Below, in pieces: positions 23,934 through 33,500 of a DNA stretch of 64,000 nucleotides. Within the stretch, counting starts at the first letter, position 1. Each line of letters starts with the position of its first letter. The position numbers and the translations under genes were made by a program. The DNA is taken from the NCBI RefSeq assembly GCF_000142905.1, contig NW_013657660.1:73698-137697 (forward strand), in the 5' to 3' direction. The notes beneath the pieces are model-generated. The model searched no databases. It saw nothing but the letters and a program-made list of their open reading frames with translations, and was not told the origin of the DNA. Source of the DNA: Thecamonas trahens ATCC 50062. Lineage: Eukaryota > Protista > Apusomonadida.

Positions 23934-26723
23934 ATGAGGCTGGCTTTACCTCTCCTCACCCTCGTCCTCGTCCTCGCCCTGGCCGACGGCTTCTCCTGGT
24001 CCCACCCGCAGCTGGCGGCGACTGCGGTAGCCTCGCCCACGGTCTCTTGTGGCGAGAGCGCTTCTTCTCTGCATGCGCTGCCTCTGACCAGCCGCCAGGC
24101 TGCCGCCGCAGTCATCATCAGTCTCGAGAACGATGACTCGGCTGTTGCTCTGGGCTTGGGCATGCTGCCGAGCGTCCACGCCCGCCTCCTCTCGCCCGTG
24201 GCTGGCACTGCGGGTCTTCCCGATGCGACGCTGGCCGACTCGCAGCCGGAGCTGTGGGAGATCAACGAGCTCGCGGTGTCTGATCTGGCCTGCGCTCAGC
24301 CGCAGTTTGTCATTCCACTGCCGCGCTTGGACATTGGGTGGCTGGTGCTCACTGCGCTTGCACCGGACGTTTTCCATCCGCCTCTCCCGCTCGCCTCGAT
24401 TGTGGTGCCTGTCACTCCCATGGCTTCCAGGGTGCTCCCGGCTGCGTTGGCAGTCGATGCCGTGGCGCTGGCCAGCAAGAGCTTGCCGGCCAACGTTGCT
24501 GCTGCGCTCAACACTGTCCACTCGGACGCGCTGCTCGCCAGCCCGCATGGGGTCTGGGCCTGGTCCTCGGTCGCCGAGCCGGAGCTGGTGGTCGCCTTTC
24601 CACAGCTACCGGGCCGTCACGCCGGGTCGCTGGGCGGGGTGGCGACTTCGACCGCTGTCGGAGCATGGGCGGCCGTCACCGTCTGCCGCGTCACTCCGCC
24701 GGGCCCACTCCGCTTGGACATCCATCCTGTTCCGCGGGCCGACGACGCTCTGTTTCTCGCCACAACGCCCGGCACGCTCTACGCATTCAACTTTACATCG
24801 GGTGCGTGGACGACGCTCACGTTTCCCGCGTCTTCGGGCGGCGCGGTCGTGTCTGCGCTCTACCCGGCGCGCTCGCTTCCGTGGCACTCGCCAGACTCTG
24901 GCACCGTGTATGGCATTGCCAACGCCACCGCGGTCTTTCGGGTGGCGGCGGGGAGCATTACCGTCCTGCCGCCGCTGCCGGGCGCTGTGGCTCAGGTGGG
25001 TCATCCGATTGGGCGCGGCGACGAGCCGGTGGCGCTCCTGGACTCGGGGAGCGTGTGCTTGTGGAAGCCTTCGGCGCAACGCTGGGCGGTCTCAGCGGCG
25101 CCGATGCCCACGGCGACATGGCGGGGCCTGGTGCTGTCGGCGACCGACCCGTCGGCTGCGGCGGCGTGGGCGCCGGACCGGATTGCGGTTGTCCTCTTTA
25201 GTGCCGGCTTGAACCAGCCGCCGTTGCTTGTCGAGCGAGCGACAAGCGCGACCGCGCTCTTTGGCGAGACCATTCAAGCGCTGCTGATCGCTGACGACCA
25301 GCTGCTCGGGCAGGGAGCAAGCGGCGCTTGGCACGTCGCCCGCCTCTCTGCGCTGGAGAGCCCGGCTGCGCTGCTGTCGCAGGTCTCCGGTGTTCCGCTT
25401 GTTTATCCGCTCGTGCCGCCGCTTGTCGGATGGATGAGTGCAAACGTGAGCTCCAACGGCACGCTGGCGGCGTTGGCTCGCCAAGGCGCTTCAAGCGATA
25501 TGACATGTGCCGCAGTGTCTGCCACAGTGAGCGTCGACGAGCTCAGCAGTGGAAACCGGCGGCGGACTCTGCTCCGCGGCGGTGGCGCGTCTTTGGCAGC
25601 GTTTGCCGATGGCGACCTGCCAGAACACTCGCCGCTATATCTTGACTACGGGGAGAGACTCACGCTTCGGCTCCGCACTATGCTCACCGAGGCCGGTGCG
25701 GCGGCGGTAGCGACCCTCGGCACGAACGCGTCGCCGTTTGCGGTGGCCATCTCGCGTCAGGACGACGGCGATCACCCGCGGCTGTTGGTTGAGCCGACGG
25801 TGGTCGAGCGGCCCAACGCGACGTCACAGATGCTCGAGCTCCAGATTGTTGTGCGCGAGCCCGGGCGGAGTGCAGGCTATCCGCCGATTCAGTACGGGTC
25901 GGGCGAGTCGCTGACGGCGACGCACGTTGAAGTTGCGCTCGATGTGCCAGGGGTAGGCGGTGGGCCTGGGTGCTCGCTGAGCCGGGTCGGCGCCTCGGTT
26001 GACATGCTCGTGGGCTGCGCGCCAGGCCTCTCGCTGCAGCTCAGCGAGAGCGAGACGTTTTCCCAGAGCGAGGGCTGTCGTGAGAGCGACCCGTACCCGT
26101 GCCTCTTCTTCGAGTCTGTGTTTAGGCCTGTCATCAACGTGGTCGACGCAGTGGCCGGGACCTCGTGGCCGTACATCGGGCGGATGTACTTTCGGGTGGT
26201 GGGCGGCGGCCTGACGCCTGACAGCATCAGCCGGTTCAACGCAGACGAGGTGCTCGACAACAACCTGCACGGCTCAACAATGTGGACGTTTGACTCTGAT
26301 GGGTCGGGTGCGTCGTCGTCGGACCCCGTCATCTCCTCGTCGGCGAACGGTATCACCTTTGTGTGCTCCGGCACCTCGCCGTGCGCGGACATCCTGCCCA
26401 ATTTCCCGGACACGCCCGAGTACTACATGCTCATTGCGATCTCGACAGTGGGCATTCCCGACGACACTTACTGCGGGCTCACCACCGAGTTTGTGCTCCG
26501 GGTCCACGGCATTCCCATGAACTTTTCGACCTCGATCTCGTTTGTCTCGGCCTCGCTCCTCGCCGTCTTTATCCCCATGGTCATCGTCTACTGTGTCAAG
26601 CGCCGGGCTGGCACCCTCGACGGCGACGGCGATGGCGACGTCCACGCCAAACGCCGTGCCCTCGTCACTGGCGCCCGGCGCACCACTCCGCGGCCTCCGT
26701 CGCGTCGGGATCTGTTTGGGTGA
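23934..26723 (+). CDS. CATSPERG: Cation channel sperm-associated auxiliary subunit gamma homolog (type I membrane protein, 929 aa)
   Basis: Signal peptide and C-terminal TM helix. The C-terminal ectodomain is collinear with mammalian CATSPERG as recalled: VGCAPG (VGCPPG), PCLFFESVFRP (PCFLFRDIFYP), VVGGGLTPDSI (VVGGGPTLDSL), GITFVCSGTSPCADILP (GIEWLCLENAPCYDNVP), PEYY (PEFF), TYC..TTEFVLRVHGIP (TYC..QLTFLLHIHGLP). Confidence 0.88.
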   Translation: MRLALPLLTLVLVLALADGFSWSHPQLAATAVASPTVSCGESASSLHALPLTSRQAAAAVIISLENDDSAVALGLGMLPSVHARLLSPVAGTAGLPDATLADSQPELWEINELAVSDLACAQPQFVIPLPRLDIGWLVLTALAPDVFHPPLPLASIVVPVTPMASRVLPAALAVDAVALASKSLPANVAAALNTVHSDALLASPHGVWAWSSVAEPELVVAFPQLPGRHAGSLGGVATSTAVGAWAAVTVCRVTPPGPLRLDIHPVPRADDALFLATTPGTLYAFNFTSGAWTTLTFPASSGGAVVSALYPARSLPWHSPDSGTVYGIANATAVFRVAAGSITVLPPLPGAVAQVGHPIGRGDEPVALLDSGSVCLWKPSAQRWAVSAAPMPTATWRGLVLSATDPSAAAAWAPDRIAVVLFSAGLNQPPLLVERATSATALFGETIQALLIADDQLLGQGASGAWHVARLSALESPAALLSQVSGVPLVYPLVPPLVGWMSANVSSNGTLAALARQGASSDMTCAAVSATVSVDELSSGNRRRTLLRGGGASLAAFADGDLPEHSPLYLDYGERLTLRLRTMLTEAGAAAVATLGTNASPFAVAISRQDDGDHPRLLVEPTVVERPNATSQMLELQIVVREPGRSAGYPPIQYGSGESLTATHVEVALDVPGVGGGPGCSLSRVGASVDMLVGCAPGLSLQLSESETFSQSEGCRESDPYPCLFFESVFRPVINVVDAVAGTSWPYIGRMYFRVVGGGLTPDSISRFNADEVLDNNLHGSTMWTFDSDGSGASSSDPVISSSANGITFVCSGTSPCADILPNFPDTPEYYMLIAISTVGIPDDTYCGLTTEFVLRVHGIPMNFSTSISFVSASLLAVFIPMVIVYCVKRRAGTLDGDGDGDVHAKRRALVTGARRTTPRPPSRRDLFG

Positions 26724-26748
26724 AAAGCCGTCGCACACCGGCCCGCTG

Positions 26749-27336
26749 TCACCCGCCATCATCAGCGTCTGCATCAGCATACACAAAGCCCATTCTCCGG
26801 TACCGTCCGCCCCGTCCCGCCACATCGGTCACAGCTTGGCTCTCACTCGCCTCGTCGACCCCACCGAGCACTCTTTCAAAGTAGTGTCCGACGCGATCGG
26901 CAGGCGAGAGCACCGTAAAGGACGAGACCAGCGTGTCCGGCAGCAAATCGGGATGCGACTGCTTGCGGGTGCTCGGCTTGGGCGAGTAGAGGATGTGAGC
27001 GCCGATGAGCTCGCGCTCCAGCGCTGTCACGATCTCGGGCACATCAGCCACAGCAGCCTCCCACACGCTCGCGGAGCAGCCGAGAAGTGTGGCCACATCG
27101 TTGTCAAACAGCAGAATCGAGTCCAGCACGTCGGATCTGCCGCTGGTCGCCACACGCAGCGAGAGCTTGAAGACGGCCACCGAATCGGTCTGGGCCAAGT
27201 CGCGCTTGCACGTCTTGCAGTAGAGGGCATGGTGGGTGGGATGGAAGCCCGAGTGGGCCTTGGAGCAGAAAGCACACACCGCGTACGTCAGCCTCCGCGT
27301 GTCGGCAGCCATCACAATGCCGCGCTTGCCCAGCAT
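26749..27336 (-). CDS. Stand-alone RPA1 C-terminal-type OB fold with zinc ribbon (DDIAS/noxin-like)
   Basis: YAVCAFCSK…YCKTCK (C4 zinc ribbon), then FKLSLRVA and LFDNDVATLLGCSA, resembling the RPA70 DBD-C and DDIAS N-terminus (YKLSLKVA…VFG…FFGLTA). ATG at 27336. Confidence 0.7.
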   Translation of the reverse strand: MLGKRGIVMAADTRRLTYAVCAFCSKAHSGFHPTHHALYCKTCKRDLAQTDSVAVFKLSLRVATSGRSDVLDSILLFDNDVATLLGCSASVWEAAVADVPEIVTALERELIGAHILYSPKPSTRKQSHPDLLPDTLVSSFTVLSPADRVGHYFERVLGGVDEASESQAVTDVAGRGGRYRRMGFVYADADADDGG

Positions 27337-27515
27337 GCTCCTGCAGCCGCTTCCTGAGCCGAGCCGAGCCGAGCCGAGTGCTCTCGCCCGACCTGCTCGA
27401 GCTCCCCCAAAGCGAGCAAGGACCACAACCGAGGTAGGCTCAGCTCAGGCACGGCGGGTGGTATGGCCACACACGGCCAGCGGCCGGCGCGACGCACTCG
27501 TATATCATTCTTCAA

Positions 27516-30241
27516 TCACTCCTCATTACTTTCATCCTCTTCTCCACCGCCATCGCCGGCAGCAAGGACCACCGACGATGACGACGATTGGAGCCAGGGG
27601 CGCGATCGGTTCTCACGGGACTGGGTCCGGGCGAGGAGGTTCTTGCGGGCTGAGCGGCGGGAGGACCGCGGCCGCGACGGGGTGTCGACAGCGACGCCAG
27701 CGGTGCCGCTCCGGGTGGCGCGGAGGACAGAGACGCCGGAGCGGCGGGTTGGCATCGGTGACTTGAGGTGCGAGACGATGGCAGGGCGGACAAAGATGCC
27801 GTGCTTGGCCGCGCAGTCAAAGTACTGCACGCCGGCGACAGAACCATCGTTGCGACCCCAGGCTTCGTCGAGTGCAACGCCGACCCACTCGCCGCGCGGA
27901 TCAAACTGGGTGTAGCCAACAAAGGCAACGGTGCCCGGCTTGCCGCGGACAGAGACTCGGTTGCCGATCCCTAACTGGACACCCTCGACCGAGACTGACG
28001 TTCCGAGCACCGCAACCTCTTTGGTGTGGCTCTGGGCCTCGACTGACGTAGCCAGATCCTCCGGCACCAGCCGCGGACGGCTCGCCGGAACCACCGAAGA
28101 CGAAGCCGACGCCGTCTCGTCGTCGGCATCGCTCGCACTCTCGGACTCTGGCTCGGACTCGGCGTCCGACTCGGAGACCGAGGTGATCTGGAGCTCGGCA
28201 GCGGCCTCATCCTCCTCGCCGAGCACGGTTGCCACAAACAGGGCCGAGATCCAAGCATACAGTCCCGCAGCGGCCTTGGAAACGTCGGCGAGAAGGTCTG
28301 GCTCAAGGTCGTTGTCGACAATGTACGGCCAGAGCGCGTCCAGCTTTTGCGGCGTCATCTCACGCTTGTAGTTGTAGGCGAGACACTTGCGGGCCAGGTT
28401 CGGGTCGCGGAGAACAGCCTCAATGTCACGCGGCAGCGCCTGTGCCGCGTGCTGAAAGGTGGCGCCGGAGCCGCGCCACGAGGTGTGCTCGTGCAGCCGC
28501 TCGCCGGCCTCGGTGTCCTTGAACAAGACCACAAGTGCCTCCATGACCTTGACGATGGGCTCGACCGGATGGACGTATGACCGCAGCTCATAGAGGTCGG
28601 CCTTGGTGAGTGCGGCCAGCTGCGCCTGCGCCGACGCATACTGCCGGCCGGCGGCCGAGTGGGCAACGAGGGCGCGCACGCGCTCGACCTGCTCGCGCCG
28701 CTCGCGGGCGGCCCAGCCCGGAAGCTCGCGGCTCCCGGCCCGGACCAGACCGCTGCGGGTGCCTTCGAGCATGACGGTGCGTCGGGCGGCGGCAGCACTG
28801 GCGGCGACCCGCATTGAGTCAGCCGGGGTCCACACACGTTTCGGGCTGGTGCGGGCGACGAGGAGGCTGGACGGGGCGCCGAGCGTGTCGCCGGATCCGC
28901 TGGCAGTCAGCGCCGCCGTGTGCTCGGCCTCGCTCACCGCCGCGCGCTCGTTGTACAGGGCGAGCAGTGCGTCGAGCTTCTCAATGACGTCCTCAGGCTG
29001 CTCCTCGCGAAGAAGCAACAGCATCTCCTCCATCTGCTCGCGCTCGAGCTCGAGGCGCGAGTAAGCGCGCGACGACTCCTCAAGCTGGGCTGCGGCCGTC
29101 TCGTACTTGGCCTTGAGGACTTCGTGCTCGGTGATGAGAGCCTCATGCTCTGCGACGGTAACCGCGTTGGACGAGGTCGAAGCGACTGACGACTTTTTGA
29201 GCTCGTTGAGCTCAAACGAGAGTAGAGCCCGCTGGCGCGCCTCCTCGTCGAGCAGGGCAGCAACTTCCTCTTCCTCGGCCACAAACGAGGTCTTGAGCTG
29301 CTCTATATCTTCGACAAGCGCCGACTGGTCGGCATCGGCCCGACGCCGCAACGCGCGCTCGCGGTGGACCATCTCCTCGGCGACCCGCAGCTCGTCCTCG
29401 AGCTCTGCAATCCGGTCGCGGAGGGTGTCCTCGGTCTCGGCCGCAGCGTCGAGCTCATGTTCGTAAGCGAGCTTGTCGTACGCCGAAAGCGAAGCGTTCT
29501 GTCGCGACTCTGTCCGCGAGTGCCGCTCGGCCCGGCGGCGCGCCGCCTTTTCTTTCTCGAGCTTGAGTGAGAGCCGCGAGATTTTGCCCTTGAGCACCTC
29601 TATCTGGTCTGTGAGCAGATCAACCTCCTCCTCCGCCCGCTCGCGCATTGCGTTGCCGTCTGCTCGTGCGCTCTCGACCGCCTGCGCCGCCGCCTCGTCG
29701 GCGGCCTGCAGCTGCGCATCGAGGTGCGAGACAAGCGCCTTGAGCGCACGCGCCTCGTACATTGCCGCTGTGGCCCGCCGCCCACTGCCGGCCTCGCTCT
29801 CACGTGTGGGTGTTTGGCCTGCCTTTCGCCGCAGGCCCCAGTCGCCGTGCTCAGGCCTCCCATGTGCCGGCTGCAGCTCATCGAACCGGACTCGTCCGGC
29901 CCACTCGCGCATGGTCCTCCGGTCCGGCGGCATCGATGCCGGCACCACCGGTTCGTTTGAGCCCATCATAGCCGATGCTCGCTCTCCTCTCCGCGTCCTG
30001 CCCTCCACCCGCGGTCGCACCAATGGCTGTGCCTTGTGCTGCTTGTACCCCCCTGCTCTTTCCCCGTCTGCGATCTGGCCATTGGCTGTGTCCTGCGCGC
30101 CGATGGCTGCGCCCCGTACGCCGATGGCTGCGCCCCGTACGCCGATGGCTGCGCCCCGTACGCCGATGGCTGCGCCCCGTACGCCGATGGCTGCGCCCCG
30201 TACGCCGATGGCGGCGGCGGCGATCTGTGCACCACCTTCAT
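27516..30241 (-). CDS. Coiled-coil + dynein-stalk microtubule-binding-domain-like + CAP-Gly protein (start 29969, or 30241 if a C6 run at 30048-30053 is one base short)
   Basis: CAP-Gly: GNRVSVRGKPGTVAFVGYTQF..GEWVGVALDEAWGRNDGSVAGVQYFDC..KHGIFVRP (~27770-27975). MTBD-like: LTKADLYELRSYVHPVEPIVKVMEALVVLF…W…DPNLARKCLAYNY…PYIVDNDLEPDLLADVSKAAAGLYAWISA (~28240-28610). Confidence 0.88.
30098..30212. repeat. 21-bp tandem repeat (cgccgatggctgcgccccgta) x5.5; reads SAYGAQP on the minus strand
   Basis: Directly visible perfect copies. Confidence 0.95.
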
Positions 30242-30303
30242 CCGATCACTACTCCCAACCGTCCGTCCGTCCAGTCCCCCCCACCACACCACCCCCCCCC
30301 CCC

Positions 30304-30403
30304 NNNNNNNNNNNNNNNNNNNNNNNNNNNNNNNNNNNNNNNNNNNNNNNNNNNNNNNNNNNNNNNNNNNNNNNNNNNNNNNNNNNNNNNNNNNNNNNNN
30401 NNN
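30304..30403. other. Assembly gap (100 N) flanked by poly-C
   Basis: N run. Confidence 1.
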
Positions 30404-30511
30404 TCCCCCCCTGCCCCCGGCCCAGAACCACTTGGCGCCAGACCACCACCACCACCACCGCACCCGCACCCTCTCCACTCCACCCACCAACCACACACAA
30501 CCACACACACT

Positions 30512-30544
<33 letters not shown>

Positions 30545-30575
30545 TACACACACACACACATACATACACATATCC

Positions 30576-33500
30576 ATGTCTGTAGAGCGGAGGCTACGGG
30601 GCCTCCTTGCCTCGCTTGCCACTATCCCCACCCCCGACCGGTCTCCTGCCTCCCTCTCCGAGCTCAACACCCTTATCACTCCCTTGCTCCTGGTCGCGCC
30701 CTCGTCTATCTCCCTCCCCCTGCCGCCCACGGGAGAGACACTGACGGCAACGGCTGCGGCGGGCAACCCGCATTCGGCTGCTGCAAACACCACTCAGGAG
30801 AAGGTCGGTGCTCTGGATGGCTTGCCTGCTGCTCGTGCTGCTCGTGCTGCTCGTGGTCCAGGTGCAGGCGGTGGAGGTAGCACGGCTGCTGCTGCTGCTG
30901 CGGCGGCGGCGGCGGCTGCTGCTGCTGCTGCCACCCATGCACTGAGGCCGAGCATTGCGTTGGATGTCTTTGTCGAGGCTGCAGGGCTGTACATCGCCTT
31001 TGGTGAGTATGCGCATGCTCAGTCATGCCTCCTCACCTACTTTCAGTCGGATCCGCCCACCAACAAGTTTCTGGCCAAGGCACACTTTCTCCAGGGCGAG
31101 CTGCTGGTTGTTCCGGCGGTGGATGAGCCCATCCATGGCGAGCGCCTTTCGCTCACCGTTTTATCGGGCCTCGCTTCGGTCGTCAAGGGCTTTGACCTTG
31201 GCCTCACCTCGCCCCGCTACCACTTTCTCCTCTACAACGGCTCGGTCTACTGGTGGCGACTCGCCCGCCCGCTTGTGGTCCCGGGCTTCCGCCACCTGCT
31301 CCTCCCCTCCGCCGCACACATCGTCGAGGGCCTCGACGCTGTTGACGAGCCCGATCTCGCCTGGCGCGCCCGCCTCATGCACCTCCTCGCCCTCTGCCAC
31401 GAGGACAACAACGACCGCGCCGCCGCCCTGCACACCCTCTCGCGCGCCGCCGCTCTCGCCGACAAGGCCGCCGCCACTGAGCGCGCCGCCATTCTCTCCA
31501 AGTCTGGCTCGCCGCCGTCGACTCCGTCGCTCGCCCGCTCGTCGTCAGCCCGCGGCCAACGCACAGGGCGGGCTGCCCGGGCCGCCACCCCACCCAAGCG
31601 TGCTGCGACCAAGCACGGCCGCCAAGATTCACCGTCGGCCACCGTCCCAGACACTCCGGTTCTCGAGCTCTGCAGGCTCATTTACCGCACCCAGATCGAG
31701 CTCTCGCCGCCGTCGGCCGCTGCCAACCTGGAAAAGTCTGCTACTTCCTCGGCCGCTTCGTCATGGCTCACGGCCTCGCCGTCGACACCCGCCGTCCTCA
31801 AGGCCCTCGCCCGCGTCGAGCTCGTCATGTCCTCGCCCGAGCCGCGCGCCAGCCTCAAGCTCCTCCACGAAGCGTTTTCTCTCCTGGTAGGCGCGCCCAT
31901 TCCGCCGCCCGCCGCACCGACCTCCGAGTGGCCGACCGTCCCGTCCTCGCTCTCGTTCCCTGGCCAGGTACTCCTCGGCGAAGTTGGTCTCCTCGCCGTC
32001 TTCTACGGCGACCTGCACGTCGGCCGTGTCGCCGCCGCCGCCGCCCACCAGTCGCGCAACCTCGGCGCCCGTATCCAATCCGAGTACTCGCTCGCCATGC
32101 TTCGTGTCGCCGACATGGGCCCGGCTCAGTTTGCCTTTTCCAAGGACATGGTTGAGACCCGCGTCGAGTCACTTCGCATGCTCGAGCAGGCGCTGCACTC
32201 GGCTACCCGCCTCGGCAACGCAGGCATCATCGAGGCCGGCGCGGTCTGCATCTGGAACCTTGTGCTGCCGCTCCTGCAACCGAACCTTCGCCACCTCGCT
32301 CATCGCCCCATGCACCTCGCCGCCACCGCTCTCGCGCGCATCTCCTCGCCGCTTCGCACCCTCATGTCTGACCTTCACACGGAGCTTGCACACTGTGAGA
32401 TTGCCGACGACATGCTCTCCAAGGCCGCCAAGCACGTCGCCAAAGGCCTGGCCGCAGACCTCGTCGACCGACATGCTTCGCGCATCCTCAACCCGCTGGC
32501 CCACAAGCTCCGCCTCCGCACCAACATCTACGATAAGGTCTCGTCGCCGCTCGACGAAGCCACCCTCCTCCATGAGCAGGCGCTTCTCACCCGCGACCCC
32601 ACCCTCGCCTCCAACATCCTCCTCTCGGCCATGCAGTGCCTCTCCGACTTTCGGCCCGACCACGACTCGCCTGACCTCCACCACACCCTAGCGCTCTGGG
32701 GCAATCTCGCAAAGACCGCCCGCGCCTCGCACCTCCATCAGGCCGCCTATGACGCCGCCAAAGCTTACCTCAAGCTCGCCGGGGAGGTCTCCTCGGCTGC
32801 GCTCGCCCGCCACGTGGCCCTCCTTCCTGAGCCGGTCACCGCCGCAGACCTTGCTCTCCCACTTGCCTCGCGCACCGCTGCGGCCCCGAGCCGCGACGCT
32901 GCACCGTCGCCGGCCTCGCCGTCGCGCTCATCGGCCCGCGCTGCTGCGGCCCTCCGCTCGGCTTCGGACGATGCCCTCCACGATTCGTCGTCACACCTCC
33001 CGATCCCGGTGAGACTCACCGCGTCAGCAACCGAGCTCGACGCCGCGTTGGCGCCTGTCCTGGTCCCGGCGCCCGAGCTCTCGCTCGCCACCTCACTCGC
33101 CACGCCGCCTCCGGCGCGCCCTGGCTCGTCGGGCCGGACACCGCAGGCTCCGAGCCAGACCGCATCGCCGGCCCGCGCCAGCTCCAAGCAGTCGGCCTCG
33201 TCCGCTGCCAGCCACTCGCCGCCTTCGGCACTGATGCCTGCGGCGAGCGTGGTCGGGCCAGCACCGCGCCCGCCGGTAACCCCAGTCGCCCGCCCGGTTA
33301 CCCTTCAGGAGGAGGACGCGCTCCGCCAGCGCGCCGCCGTCTATTGCATCCTGGTCGAGGCTGCCATCGCCCTGCTAGAGGCTTCCTTCCGAGTCACCGC
33401 CCGCGACATTCTCGCCCTCGAGGTCTCGCCTGGCGACTCGCCGTCGGCCAAGCCAGTCCTCACCGGTATTGCGTCGCGAACTGCGTCGGTCCTCGCCTCG

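Noticed and set aside
30036-30575. N-terminal extension of the 3419-aa ORF (also His/Thr-rich extensions at 50365-50583, 55992-56246 and 16018-16287)
   Set aside because: Read-through of CA/CCA microsatellites and N gaps from non-ATG or spurious starts; homology begins at the downstream ATGs
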